A DNA stretch of 64,000 nucleotides from an uncultured bacterium (lineage in GTDB: Bacteria > Planctomycetota > SZUA-567 > JAKLDR01), in NCBI GenBank assembly GCA_965370045.1, contig CBDUSI010000003.1, positions 11,256-75,255 on the forward strand, given 5' to 3'. Below the pieces are notes generated by a model, which ran no database searches, had not been told where the DNA came from, and saw only the letters and a list, made by a program, of their open reading frames with translations. Below, one piece after another: positions 44,239 to 57,249 of this stretch (positions are counted from its first letter, which is position 1; every line of letters starts with the position of its first letter). A program made the position numbers and the translations under genes.

Positions 44239-45918
44239 ATGAGCACGCCGGCCAGATACCTGGTAACCAGCGCCCTGCCTTACGCCAACGGGCGCATCCA
44301 CGTGGGCCACGTGGCCGGGGCCTACTTGCCGGCGGACATCTACGTGCGCTTCCTGCGCTCGACGGGCCGCGACGTGATCTACGTTTGCGGCTCGGACGAA
44401 AACGGAGTGCCCATCACCCTCACCGCCGAGAAGGCCGGGGTCTCGCCCCAGGAGATAGTCGACAAGTTCCACCCGGCCAACGAGGCCGCCTTCCACAGCC
44501 TGGGCATAGACTTCGACGTTTACGGCCGGACGACGAGCAAGCACCACGCGAAGGTCAGCCAGGACTTCTTTCTGAAGCTCCACGCGGCCGGGCACATCGA
44601 GGACAAGGTCGGCGAGCAGCTCTACTGCCCGGCCTGCGAGCGCTTCCTGCCCGACCGCTACGTCTCCGGGACCTGCCCCAACCCGGCCTGCGGTTTCAGC
44701 GACGCCAAGGGCGACCAGTGCGAGGCCTGCGGCCGGACGCTCAGCCCGCTTGAGCTGGTCGCGCCGCGCTGCGAGATATGCAAGAAGACCCCCGAGCCGC
44801 GCGAGACCCGCCACTGGTACATCAAGCTGGGCGACTTCCAGAAGAAGCTCGATGAGTGGCTGGCGACCAAGACCGACTGGCGCGAGAACATCGGCCGCTT
44901 CTGCAAGGGCTGGCTCCAGGAGGGACTCAGGAGCCGGGCCATCACCCGGGACATCACCTGGGGCATCCCCGCGCCGCTGGCCGAGGCCCGGGGCAAGGTG
45001 CTCTACGTGTGGTTCGACGCGCCCATCGGTTACATGTCCTTCACCCAGGAACTCTTCGCCGAGCGCGGCGACGCGGCGGGCTGGAAGAAGTACTGGTGCG
45101 ACCCCGAAAGCGCGAGGATCCACGTCATCGGCAAGGCCCATATAGTATTCCACGCGCTGAGCTGGCCGGCCATGCTCATGGGCCACGGGGAGATCAACCT
45201 GCCGGCCAACGTGGTGGCCAACGAGTTCCTGAACGTCAGGGGGCAGAAGAGCTCCAAGAGCCGCAACTGGGCGGTGTGGCTCGACGAGTACCTGGAACGG
45301 TTCCCACCCGACCCGCTGCGCTACTACCTCACCGCCAACGCCCCCGAGGGCCGCGACGCGGACTTCCGCTGGGAGGACTTGCAGAGCCGCAACAACACCG
45401 AACTGGCCGCGGCGCTGGGCAACTTCGTGCACCGCACGCTCTCCTTCGCCGGCAAGTACTTCGAGGGCAAAGTGCCCCAGCGCGGCGCGCTCGACGGCCA
45501 GGCCGAAGCCGCCCTGGCCGAGGCCGAGACCGCCGGAAGGGAAGTGGCCGCCGAGCTGGAGGCCTTCCGCTTCAAGGCCGCCCTGCAGCGGCTCATGAAA
45601 CTGGCCAAGAACGCCAACCGTTACTTCGACGCCGCCGCCCCCTGGAAGACCCGCAAGACCGACCTGGCCGCCTGCGGGACGGCCATCAACGTATGCCTCG
45701 CGCTGGTCGACCGCCTGGCCGCGCTGATGTATCCCTTTCTGCCCTTCTCGGCGGCCAAACTGGAGAGCTTCCTGGGCCGCTCGGGCCGGGAGCTGCCCCG
45801 CCGCTGGGACGCGCTGGGCGACGGGCTCGCCGCCGACACCACGCTGGGCAAGCCGGAGCCGCTCTTCAGGCAGATCGAGGACGAGGAAATAGTGGCCGCG
45901 GAGGCCAAGCTGGGTTAG
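44239..45918 (+). CDS. metG: methionyl-tRNA synthetase (short form, no C-terminal tRNA-binding domain)
   Basis: SALPYANGRIHVGHVAG (HIGH), zinc knuckles CPACE..CPNPAC..CEACG, KSSKS (KMSKS). 559 aa. Confidence 0.93.
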   Translation: MSTPARYLVTSALPYANGRIHVGHVAGAYLPADIYVRFLRSTGRDVIYVCGSDENGVPITLTAEKAGVSPQEIVDKFHPANEAAFHSLGIDFDVYGRTTSKHHAKVSQDFFLKLHAAGHIEDKVGEQLYCPACERFLPDRYVSGTCPNPACGFSDAKGDQCEACGRTLSPLELVAPRCEICKKTPEPRETRHWYIKLGDFQKKLDEWLATKTDWRENIGRFCKGWLQEGLRSRAITRDITWGIPAPLAEARGKVLYVWFDAPIGYMSFTQELFAERGDAAGWKKYWCDPESARIHVIGKAHIVFHALSWPAMLMGHGEINLPANVVANEFLNVRGQKSSKSRNWAVWLDEYLERFPPDPLRYYLTANAPEGRDADFRWEDLQSRNNTELAAALGNFVHRTLSFAGKYFEGKVPQRGALDGQAEAALAEAETAGREVAAELEAFRFKAALQRLMKLAKNANRYFDAAAPWKTRKTDLAACGTAINVCLALVDRLAALMYPFLPFSAAKLESFLGRSGRELPRRWDALGDGLAADTTLGKPEPLFRQIEDEEIVAAEAKLG

Positions 45919-45929
45919 GAGGTTCTCAG

Positions 45930-47126
45930 TTGCCGGTAACAGACGTTGATATCGACCGCCTGATCGCCGCAGCGGAGAGCCGTGAAGCGGAGATCGTCCA
46001 GCTGACCTGTGACCTGATCCGGGCCAGGAGCGTCAACCCTCCCGGCGACGAGCACCGCCCCGCAAAGGTGGTCGAAGCCTTCCTGAAGGAACTGGGCGTC
46101 GAGAGCCGCAAGTACGAAGCGGCGCCCGGACGCACCAACCTGATCGCCTCGGTCGGGACGGCCGGCGGGCGGCGCCTGCTGGTCCCGCTGCACCTGGACA
46201 CGGTGCCCGCCGGCGACTCGTGGGGTGATGCGGCCTTCGAGCCCCGCGCCGAGCACGGCCTGATCGTGGGCCGCGGCGCGGTGGACGACAAGGGCCCGCT
46301 GGCCGCGGTGCTGGTGGCCATGAAGATACTGCTGGCCGAGAGCCAGCCGCTCGGCGGCGAGCTGGTGCTGATCGCCGCCGCCGACGAGGAGTGCGGCAAC
46401 CAAGCGGGCATGGACTACCTGATCGCCGAGGGGCTGATCAAAGGCGACTGGGCGCTGGTCCCGGACATCGGCCACTCCATGGCCGCGCTGGACATCGCCG
46501 AGAAGGGCGTGGCCTTCGTCGAGATCGAGTGCCGCGGGCGGGCCGCGCACGGCTCCACCCCGGAGCAGGGCGCCAACGCGGTGCTGGCCCTGGCCGAACT
46601 CCTCGCCGAGGTCGAGGCCTGGGCACCCCAGGAACGTCACCCCCTCCTGGGCCGGCCCACCGCCAACGTGGGCGAGCTCCACGGCGGCAGCGCCCCCAAC
46701 ATGGTCCCCGACCTGGCCCGCGCCCGGGTGGACTGCCGCTACCTGCCGGGCATGAACTCCGGCGACGTCGTGGGCCAGTTCCAGGAGTTGGCCCGGCGGG
46801 TGGCCGACCGGCGCGAGGGGATAACCTTCGACTTCAACGTCTCTGTCGACTGGGCCCCCAGCGAAGTGGACGCGGCCAGCCCCATCGTCGCCGCGGTGCG
46901 CGAAATCGCCCCCAAGGTGACCGGCCGTCCCGTGGAACTGATCGGCCTGGGCGGGGCCACCTTCTGCAAGTCGTGCCTGACCGCCGGCGTTCCGGCGGTG
47001 GGCTTCGCGCCGGGGCGCGAGGGCGCCGCGCACACCGCCGACGAATCCGTGGAGGTGCGCGAGCTGGTCCAGTTCGCGGCCTTCACCGCCGCCCTGGCCC
47101 GGCACCTGTTGGGGACCAAACCGTGA
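45930..47126 (+). CDS. M20 family metallopeptidase/deacylase (ArgE/DapE-like)
   Basis: TTG 45930 lies 7 nt after AGGAGG. HLDTVP, GRGAVDDKG, ADEECG, HGSTPEQGANA. Confidence 0.82.
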   Translation: MPVTDVDIDRLIAAAESREAEIVQLTCDLIRARSVNPPGDEHRPAKVVEAFLKELGVESRKYEAAPGRTNLIASVGTAGGRRLLVPLHLDTVPAGDSWGDAAFEPRAEHGLIVGRGAVDDKGPLAAVLVAMKILLAESQPLGGELVLIAAADEECGNQAGMDYLIAEGLIKGDWALVPDIGHSMAALDIAEKGVAFVEIECRGRAAHGSTPEQGANAVLALAELLAEVEAWAPQERHPLLGRPTANVGELHGGSAPNMVPDLARARVDCRYLPGMNSGDVVGQFQELARRVADRREGITFDFNVSVDWAPSEVDAASPIVAAVREIAPKVTGRPVELIGLGGATFCKSCLTAGVPAVGFAPGREGAAHTADESVEVRELVQFAAFTAALARHLLGTKP

Positions 47127-48679
47127 GCCCCGAAGCGCACGCGCTGCCTCCCGGCGCCGAGAAGCTGGGCCTGCGCCCCGAGCCGGAGTTCGAGGAAGAG
47201 ACCGACAACTACCGCCTGGCCGGCTACACCAACCAGGACCGGACGAAGGGCTTCCTGCTCCTGGAGAAGAAGCAGTCCGATCTGGAGCTGGAGCTGGAGG
47301 AGGTCCAGGCCAAGATACAGGCCGGCGGCATCGTCTTCGGCGTGGACGAGAACGCGGTCAAGCGCTGCCTGGCCCGCGCCGCGGCGCGGAGCAAGATCGA
47401 GATCGTGGAGATCGCCCGCGGCCGGGAGCCGGAGGACGGCCTGGACGGCAAGATCGAGTTCTACGTGCAGCCTTCCAGCGAGGAGGCCCGCTACGCCAAG
47501 GACGCCTCCGGTCGGGTCAACTACCACGAGCTCAACCTCATCGAGAACGTGGCCCCGGAGCAGGAACTGGCCCGCCTCCTGCCCCCCAAGCCGGGGGTGG
47601 CCGGCAGCACCGTGCTCGGAGAAGTGATGGCCTCGCGGAACGGCGAACCGGCGCGAGCCCGCGCCGGCAAGAGCGTGACCGTGGCCGAGAACGGCGAGGT
47701 CTTCCTCGCCGAGGTGCCCGGGCGGCTGGTCTATGAGGACGACTCCCTGGAAATAAGCCAGGAGTTCGAGGTCAAGGGCGACGTCGACTACTCGGTGGGC
47801 AACATCGACTTCCTGGGCAAGGTGACTATCACCGGCGAGATACTCGACGACTTCAACGTCAAGGCCGACATGGGCCTGGAGGTGCGCGGCCCGGTGGGCA
47901 ACTGCCGGCTGGAGTCCTCCGGCGACATCGTCCTGGCCGGGGGCATTTCCGGCAAGACCAAGGGAAGCGTGAAGGCCGGCGGCGACGTGCGCGCCCGCTA
48001 CCTCAACGAGGTCACCGTGGAGGCCGGCGGCAGCGTGACCGTGGAACGCGAAGCCTACAACTCGATCATACGTACCGGGGGCGCTTACCGCTCGCCCGGC
48101 GGCAAGGTGCTCGGCGGGGACATCACCGCGCTCAAGGGCATCGAGGTGGGCACCGCCGGCAGCGACCTGGGCGTGGCCACCAAGCTGTGCGCCGGCATCG
48201 ACTACCGCAGCGCCGGGCGCCGCCGCCGGATGGCGGAAGAGCTGGAGGCCACCGACAAGGAGATCGAGCGCATCAGCACGGCCATAGGCCCCCTGCTGGC
48301 CGACCCCACGAAGGTCCAGGCCCTGCCGATCGAGAAGAAGAAGGCGGTTCTCAATCTGGTCAGCCACCTCAAGAAGCTCAAGGAGAAGCGCGAGGTGCTG
48401 AGCGGGCAGCGCACGAGCGGGGCCGCGCCCGAGTCTCAGGAGGCGGTCAAGCAGATCAACGTCAAGGACACGGTCTTCACCGGGGTCACCGCGGAGGTCA
48501 GCGACTGCCGCCTGCTCCTGAAGAAGGACGCCACCGGCCCCCTGACCATGGTCGAGGACATCGCCGGCGGAACCGTCAGGCTGATGCCCTACCGCGAACT
48601 GGGCCAGGCCGCCGAGGCGCCCGAGGGCGACCCAGCCACCGGAGAACTGCCCGCGCCCCCACCGCCGCAGAAGGAGTAA
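47123..48679 (+). CDS. FapA/DUF342 family protein
   Basis: GTG 47123 overlaps the M20 stop (GTGA). GVAGSTVLGEV, then beta-helical repeats (VKGDVDYSVGNIDFLGKVTITGEI..VRGPVGNCRLESSGDIVLAGGISG..VKAGGDVRARYLNEVTVEAGGSVTV), then a C-terminal coiled coil. Confidence 0.75.
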   Translation: MSPEAHALPPGAEKLGLRPEPEFEEETDNYRLAGYTNQDRTKGFLLLEKKQSDLELELEEVQAKIQAGGIVFGVDENAVKRCLARAAARSKIEIVEIARGREPEDGLDGKIEFYVQPSSEEARYAKDASGRVNYHELNLIENVAPEQELARLLPPKPGVAGSTVLGEVMASRNGEPARARAGKSVTVAENGEVFLAEVPGRLVYEDDSLEISQEFEVKGDVDYSVGNIDFLGKVTITGEILDDFNVKADMGLEVRGPVGNCRLESSGDIVLAGGISGKTKGSVKAGGDVRARYLNEVTVEAGGSVTVEREAYNSIIRTGGAYRSPGGKVLGGDITALKGIEVGTAGSDLGVATKLCAGIDYRSAGRRRRMAEELEATDKEIERISTAIGPLLADPTKVQALPIEKKKAVLNLVSHLKKLKEKREVLSGQRTSGAAPESQEAVKQINVKDTVFTGVTAEVSDCRLLLKKDATGPLTMVEDIAGGTVRLMPYRELGQAAEAPEGDPATGELPAPPPPQKE

Positions 48680-48682
48680 GCC

Positions 48683-51760
<3,078 letters not shown>

Positions 51761-51821
51761 GTTGCGGCAGGCCTAAACACCTGGCGCGCAGGCACGTGGA
51801 GTCGAGCGCCCGGGAATAACA

Positions 51822-51851
51822 TTGACCGGCCCCGGCTTGTAAGTGTATAAT
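51822..51851 (+). promoter_or_regulatory. near-consensus sigma70-type promoter at the head of the 51.9-63.2 kb cluster
   Basis: TTGACC-18 nt-TATAAT (TG immediately upstream), then AGGAG 8 nt before ATG 51893. Confidence 0.6.
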
Positions 51852-51892
51852 GAATGTGCTTGAGTTCATCGAGTCATTTAGGAGAAAGCTTC

Positions 51893-52867
51893 ATGTGGCG
51901 CAAGCTCGTTCTGGTAGTGGTTTGCCTGTCCTTCCCGGCCGCGGCCCTGGCCCATCTGTGCAACGACGTCTTCGTGCAGGCCAAGGATAACCTGGCCGTG
52001 AAGGTCGACGTGCGCGACGGGCAGCTGCGCATCGGCAAGAAGGCCTCTTTCCGGGTGTACCTGCTCAACACCATGGACCGGGGCATAGTCAACATCAAGC
52101 TGGAGGTGCGCACTTCCGGGAAGTTCCGGGCCGCGGTCAAGCCCGGGCCGGGCTGGAAGCGCGCCCCCTACCTGCAGTGCGTCCGCAAGGGAGGGAAGAA
52201 GCAGTACTATGAGGTGACCCTCACGCGCAATCCGGGGGTGCCTGACGGCCGCTACAAGATCGACCTGCACCTCTTCAACGGCAAGCGCAAGTCCATGGTC
52301 TTCAAGACCGTGGACCTGGGCAAGGCCGCCAGCATCTGCGACGTGCCCAAGGCCGCCAAGGTCGCGGTCGACGGCAACGCCAGCTCCACCGAGTGGGGCA
52401 AGAGCTTCCTGGCCACCGGCTTCTACTCCTACGTCAAGAAGGGGCGGTTCTTCGTAAACGTCCCCGCCGCGGACCAGAGCCTCTTCCGGGTCACCGCCGA
52501 CAAGGACAACCTCTACCTCTACCTGGGCTTCCAGGGGGGCGCCGGCGCCACCAGCGACGTGGCCAGCTTCTACCTGGCCCCGACCGTCGACGCGACGCCC
52601 GTCAAGTTCAGCGTTGACCGCCTGACCGGCAAGGTGGCCTGCTCCAAGGGCACCGCCGGCGTGGAGTGCAAGGTGGGCGCGGGCAAGACCGCCGTCGAAC
52701 TCAAGATTCCGCGCAAGCTGGCCGGCGTGGCCGGGTCCAAGGGCTTCTACGCCAACTTCACCCGCACGCTGACCAAGGCGGACAAGAAGCTGGTCACCTA
52801 CTGGCGCGGCAACAAGCACTCGGCGGACAAGCCGGTGGAGTTCGCCCACTTCAAGGTCGCCGAATAG
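51893..52867 (+). CDS. exported Lys-rich protein: Ig-like domain + CBM9/DOMON-like domain
   Basis: Signal MWRKLVLVVVCLSFPAAALA. The second half (AVDGNASSTEWGKSFLATGFYS...FRVTADKDNLYLYLGF...) resembles the carbohydrate-binding family 9 / DOMON superfamily pattern. Confidence 0.6.
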   Translation: MWRKLVLVVVCLSFPAAALAHLCNDVFVQAKDNLAVKVDVRDGQLRIGKKASFRVYLLNTMDRGIVNIKLEVRTSGKFRAAVKPGPGWKRAPYLQCVRKGGKKQYYEVTLTRNPGVPDGRYKIDLHLFNGKRKSMVFKTVDLGKAASICDVPKAAKVAVDGNASSTEWGKSFLATGFYSYVKKGRFFVNVPAADQSLFRVTADKDNLYLYLGFQGGAGATSDVASFYLAPTVDATPVKFSVDRLTGKVACSKGTAGVECKVGAGKTAVELKIPRKLAGVAGSKGFYANFTRTLTKADKKLVTYWRGNKHSADKPVEFAHFKVAE

Positions 52868-52967
52868 GCAACGGGGCGGCTGCTCCACCCGAGTCGGGAC
52901 TCAAGCGCGGAGGTGACAATGAGCACAGGGGCCGCGGCCGGCAACTCCTACTCCTTGCGAAGGCCCG

Positions 52968-53687
52968 TTGTTTACGGACGGTTCACCGTCTCCGACTGAG
53001 AGCTTGACCCGCCGCGCGCGGATCGCTCTCTTTCTGGCGCTGCTCGGCGTCATCGCGGCCGCGCCGGCGCTCGCCGTCGAATCCGCCAAGCTCGAGCTCT
53101 TCTCCGCAGGCGACCACCTGTTCGAAAGCGGAGAGAAGCCCACCGCGGTGCCCGGCGACCCCGGCCGCGTGCTGGTGGTCGGCCGCTGCGAGGGCCCGGA
53201 CTTCGCCATCGACGACATCAGCCAGGTGGAACTGCTCTCGCCCGGCGGCCGGCGGGTACCGCTCCACGTGGAGGAGGCCAGGATATACCGGGACCCCGTC
53301 GCCGACAACAAGATCGTTTCCCTGCGCGTCTACTTCCTGGCCGCGAAGTCGGACCTCACACCCGCCGCGGGGAGCTTCGAGCTGCGCTGGGGAGCGGGGG
53401 TCAAGGCCGCCAACAAGAAGGTCGCCGCGATAGTCCTCGACCCCGGCCGCCGGGCCGGCTACCGCGAGTTCCGCCGCCGCAAGCCCCCGCCCGCAGCCGG
53501 CGGCGACGGCCAGAGCTCCGCCCTCTGGGTCATCGCCGACAGCAAGGCCGACTACTACTTCCTGTGGTACCTGGTGCCCATGGCGCTGATCTTCGTGCTG
53601 CTGACCGTGAGGAAGATCCGCGGCAGCAGCAGCCCATCTGACGACGGGAAACCAAGCGGTGGTCCAACTCCTCGATCCCCTCGTTAA
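52968..53687 (+). CDS. exported protein with C-terminal membrane anchor, unknown function
   Basis: TTG 52968. An alternative TTG at 53004 gives the classical signal (M)TRRARIALFLALLGVIAAAPALA. C-terminal TM YYFLWYLVPMALIFVLLTV. Overlaps the next gene by 29 nt. Confidence 0.55.
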   Translation: MFTDGSPSPTESLTRRARIALFLALLGVIAAAPALAVESAKLELFSAGDHLFESGEKPTAVPGDPGRVLVVGRCEGPDFAIDDISQVELLSPGGRRVPLHVEEARIYRDPVADNKIVSLRVYFLAAKSDLTPAAGSFELRWGAGVKAANKKVAAIVLDPGRRAGYREFRRRKPPPAAGGDGQSSALWVIADSKADYYFLWYLVPMALIFVLLTVRKIRGSSSPSDDGKPSGGPTPRSPR

Positions 53688-55179
53688 CCTGGCCCGCCCG
53701 CTGACCAGTCCCTTCCTGGCGCTGCTGGTGGTGGGGCTGATTCCCTGGCTGGCCGGGAGTCGCCGAAGCGCCGCCTTCAAGGCCGCGTTCCTGGCCGGCG
53801 TCCTGCTGGTCTTCTCGACGGCATATCATCTGCTGTGCCGCAGCCGGGGCTTCGCCGACTGGCTGACCGGGACCACCAGCCCGCTGATCGCCGTCCTCCT
53901 GGTGATCGTTCTGCCGGCCATGTACCTGCCCCGCAACCGGTGGTACAAGCTCTTCCTGCTGGTGCCCGCCGCGGTGCTGGGGCTCGGCGCTCTCTCGGTG
54001 ATTGAGAACTACCGCGCGGTGCCGGCCGGGAAGGACGGCTGGTACTGGCTGCTGATTCGTCCGGCGTGGCTGATGGGCGGGGTCGCCTCGCTGCTGGTGC
54101 TGGTCCAGCCCCTGCTGCGCCTGGCCGACCTCCGCAGGCTGGTCCGCTTCGCCTGCTTCCTGGTGCTGGTCTACGGGGGCATGGCCCTGCGCGCCAGCTA
54201 CACCGACTACCGCGCGACGGTCGAGCGACGGCCCCAGGTCGAGCAGGACGTGATGAAGCTCTCCGAGACCATCCCGGTGCTCCAGAACGACCAGCGCATG
54301 ACCCACCTGCCCGCGGCGCCCTGTCGCTTCACCTCCGACGGCGGCTACGTGCAGGGCTGCAACATGGAGCTCTTCCAGCGCGTCCTCCAGGTGAACTGGG
54401 CCAGGCTGTGGCGCGGCGAGGGCTCGGCCGACGACCGGGGCGCCATGCGCCTGGCGCTGGGGGCGCTGCTCTTCTTCCTGATCGTCAGCTTCCTGCTGGC
54501 CCGCTGGTTCTGCGGCTGGCTCTGCCCGCTCTCCTCGATCGGGGACGTGCTCGACTGGATCCGCCGCAAGCTGCGCCTGCCGCACCTCAAGCCGGTCCGG
54601 CCGGTGAAGCTGGCCTATTTCTTCTCCGGCGCGGGGCTGGCGACCCTCACCCTGGCCATGTCCAAGGCCTATCCGCACATCGACGAGAAGACCGGAAGTT
54701 TCGCCGGCTGCAAGATTCCCATCTATCCATTCTGCAAGATGTGCCCCAGCCAGCAGGTCTGCCCGGTGGTCGCCGGCGGGCCGGACAACTATCCCGGCTT
54801 GCCCTCCTGGGAGGATTGGGCTTTCTTCCGGACCATGGTGTTGATCCTGCTGGTGGTCTTCGGTATCAGCTTCATGATCGGCCGGCGGCTGTGGTGCCGG
54901 CTGTGTCCCATGGGCATCATTTCGGGAATATTCAACCGCGGGGGGATGATTACGCTGCGCAAGGAGCCCGGCAAGTGCAACCGCTGCGGGGTCTGCGCGG
55001 AGGTCTGCCCCATGGACATCGACCTGGTCCGCGCGGAGATGACCGACACCGACGTTACCAGCTACGACTGCGTGCTCTGCCTCAAGTGCGTCGAGAAATG
55101 CCCGCGCGACGGTTGCCTGGCCCTGGAGCACGCCGGGGTCCGGGTCACCGAGTCGCGCTTTGACGGGAAGAACCGATGA
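53659..55179 (+). CDS. polytopic NapH/NosR-type membrane polyferredoxin (copy 1) with ~250-aa N-terminal membrane extension
   Basis: CGWLCP and CRLCP membrane Cys motifs. Two ferredoxin motifs, CNRCGVCAEVCP and CVLCLKCVEKCP. Confidence 0.75.
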   Translation: MVQLLDPLVNLARPLTSPFLALLVVGLIPWLAGSRRSAAFKAAFLAGVLLVFSTAYHLLCRSRGFADWLTGTTSPLIAVLLVIVLPAMYLPRNRWYKLFLLVPAAVLGLGALSVIENYRAVPAGKDGWYWLLIRPAWLMGGVASLLVLVQPLLRLADLRRLVRFACFLVLVYGGMALRASYTDYRATVERRPQVEQDVMKLSETIPVLQNDQRMTHLPAAPCRFTSDGGYVQGCNMELFQRVLQVNWARLWRGEGSADDRGAMRLALGALLFFLIVSFLLARWFCGWLCPLSSIGDVLDWIRRKLRLPHLKPVRPVKLAYFFSGAGLATLTLAMSKAYPHIDEKTGSFAGCKIPIYPFCKMCPSQQVCPVVAGGPDNYPGLPSWEDWAFFRTMVLILLVVFGISFMIGRRLWCRLCPMGIISGIFNRGGMITLRKEPGKCNRCGVCAEVCPMDIDLVRAEMTDTDVTSYDCVLCLKCVEKCPRDGCLALEHAGVRVTESRFDGKNR

Positions 55180-56429
55180 ACCCCCAGCAGTTCGACGAGA
55201 GATACCGCCTGGAGCCCCTGCGGGGCGAGGACCCCGGGGTCGCCAAGCGCGCGCGCTTCGTGGAGAGCGAGCAGCGCCGCGTGCAGGCCGAGATCAGGAA
55301 CCGCCCGGAGAACATCTCCTGGTTCGAGGACCGCCTGGCCGCTCCGGCCGGGTCCGGCGGCGGCAAGCTGGTCGGCTACTTCTGCAACATGATTCCCCCG
55401 GAGATGATTCGCGCGCTGGGCGCGCTGCCGGTTCGACTGGGCTGCGGCAACCCCGCGCTGGTCCAGCCCGGCGAGGAGGTCTTCTCCGGGGAGATCTGCC
55501 CGCTGGCCAAGGCCTCCTTCGCGGCCTTCATGGACGAGAAGAGCGCGGCCAACAAGTGCGACGCCCTGCTGGTGCCCACCAGCTGCGACGCCAAGCGCAA
55601 GCTCGGCGAGGTGCTGGCCGATTTCAAGCCGACCTTCATGCTCAACCTGCCGCCGGAGCAGGACGCCGCCCGCTACGGCAAGAGCGCCGCCGAGGAGTTC
55701 GGGCGGATGGCCGACTTCCTCTCGGGGGTGCTCGGCGAAAAGCTCTCCAGGGGTCGGCTGCTCCGCGAGATCGAGCTGGGCAACGACCGCGCCCTGCTGG
55801 TCCGCGAGCTGCAGGCCGCCCGCGCCGCGAGGCCCGCCGCGCTCTCGATCCGCGACATGTTCGTGGTGCTCCAGAGCTCCTTCGCGGCGGTGGACCTCGG
55901 CGAGTGGCTGCGCCAGGCCGAGAAGGTGCTGGCCGGCGTGCGGAGTTTCGAGGCCTCGCGCCGCCGGCTCCGGCCGCGGCTGGTCCTGACCGGCGCGCCG
56001 ATCATCTGGCCGAACTTCAAGGCGCTTAACCTCATTGAGGAGTCCGGTGCCGACGTGGTCGCCGACACCCTGTGCAGCGGGGCGCAGAGCGTTTTCGATC
56101 CGGTGCTCTTCGACGAGAAGAGCCGCGGGGCGCTGCTCCGCGCGCTGGCCCAGCGCTACGTCTTCGCCTCGCCCTGCCCCTGCTTCATCTCCCAGGGCAC
56201 GCGCCTCAGTCGGGTGCTGGATCTCGTCGATGAACTCGACGCCGACGGCGTGGTCAACTACAGCCTGCGCCTCTGCCAGCTCTTTGACATGGAAGCCTAC
56301 CGCCTCTCGCGTATCATGAGGGAGCGCAAGGTGCCGTTCATGATCATGCGCACCGACTACAGCCTGGAGGACACCGAGCAGCTCCGCGTGCGCCTGGAGG
56401 CGTTCCTGGAAACGCTGGGGGAGGACTGA
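55176..56429 (+). CDS. HGD-D family Fe-S protein (2-hydroxyacyl-CoA dehydratase/BcrC-like; single-subunit, double-cubane-cluster-protein type)
   Basis: ATG overlaps the upstream stop (ATGA). KLVGYFCNMIPPEMIRALGALP, LVPTSCDAKRK, GAPIIWPNFK, ASPCPCF, VVNYSLRLCQLFDME. Nine Cys. No second dehydratase subunit is nearby. Confidence 0.75.
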   Translation: MNPQQFDERYRLEPLRGEDPGVAKRARFVESEQRRVQAEIRNRPENISWFEDRLAAPAGSGGGKLVGYFCNMIPPEMIRALGALPVRLGCGNPALVQPGEEVFSGEICPLAKASFAAFMDEKSAANKCDALLVPTSCDAKRKLGEVLADFKPTFMLNLPPEQDAARYGKSAAEEFGRMADFLSGVLGEKLSRGRLLREIELGNDRALLVRELQAARAARPAALSIRDMFVVLQSSFAAVDLGEWLRQAEKVLAGVRSFEASRRRLRPRLVLTGAPIIWPNFKALNLIEESGADVVADTLCSGAQSVFDPVLFDEKSRGALLRALAQRYVFASPCPCFISQGTRLSRVLDLVDELDADGVVNYSLRLCQLFDMEAYRLSRIMRERKVPFMIMRTDYSLEDTEQLRVRLEAFLETLGED

Positions 56430-56433
56430 CGAC

Positions 56434-57249
56434 GTGATTTCCGTCGGCGTGGACATCGGCTCGACCACCACCAAGGGCGTGGTCCTGGACGGCGAGGAAG
56501 TCCGCGCCTCGCTGGTGGTGCCCAGCGGCAACCTCCCGGGTGAGACCGCCAGGGAGGTCCTGGCGCGGGTCATGCGCGAGGCTGGCGTCGCCGAGAAGGA
56601 CGTGGAGGTCATCGCCACCACCGGCTACGGGCGCCGCATGGTGGACCTCGGCGACATCGTCATGACCGAGATCAAGGCCTGCGCGCTGGGCGCGCTCTTC
56701 CGCGACCCGGGCGGCGCCGGGAAGCTGCACACCGTCATCGACGTCGGCGGGCAGGACACCAAGGTGGTCGCCCTGGCCGACGGCGGGGACATCGAAGACT
56801 TCAGCATGAACGACAAGTGCGCCGCGGGCACCGGGCGCTTTCTGGAGATGCTGGCCGACAAGCTGGAGATGACCTACGAGGGCTTCGTCGCCGAGGCCCT
56901 GAAGAGCGAGACCATGATCCAGATGAGCGCCACCTGCGCGGTCTTCGCCGAGAGCGAAGTAGTCGGCCTGCTGGCCCGCAGCGTCTCCAAGGCGGACATC
57001 GCCGCCGCGGCGCACAACGCCATCGCCACGCGGGTGGCCTCCATGATCCGCCGGGTGGGCCAGCGCGGCACGTACTCGTTCGTCGGCGGGGGCGCGCGCA
57101 ACGCCGCCCTGGTCAGGGCGGTGGAGGAAACCCTCAACAAGCCGGTGTACGTGCCCGCCGACGCCCAGATTATCGTCGCCCTGGGCGCGGCCATCGGCGC
57201 CCAGCGCAAGGTCCGCAAGATGCGCGGGAAGGAGCAGGCCGCCGAATGA
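56434..57249 (+). CDS. HgdC/BcrAD_BadFG-type ATPase (dehydratase/reductase activase)
   Basis: GTG start. GVDIGSTTTKGVVL, DKCAAGTGRFLE, TCAVFAESEVV (the bridging [4Fe-4S] Cys positions of activases). Confidence 0.88.
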   Translation: MISVGVDIGSTTTKGVVLDGEEVRASLVVPSGNLPGETAREVLARVMREAGVAEKDVEVIATTGYGRRMVDLGDIVMTEIKACALGALFRDPGGAGKLHTVIDVGGQDTKVVALADGGDIEDFSMNDKCAAGTGRFLEMLADKLEMTYEGFVAEALKSETMIQMSATCAVFAESEVVGLLARSVSKADIAAAAHNAIATRVASMIRRVGQRGTYSFVGGGARNAALVRAVEETLNKPVYVPADAQIIVALGAAIGAQRKVRKMRGKEQAAE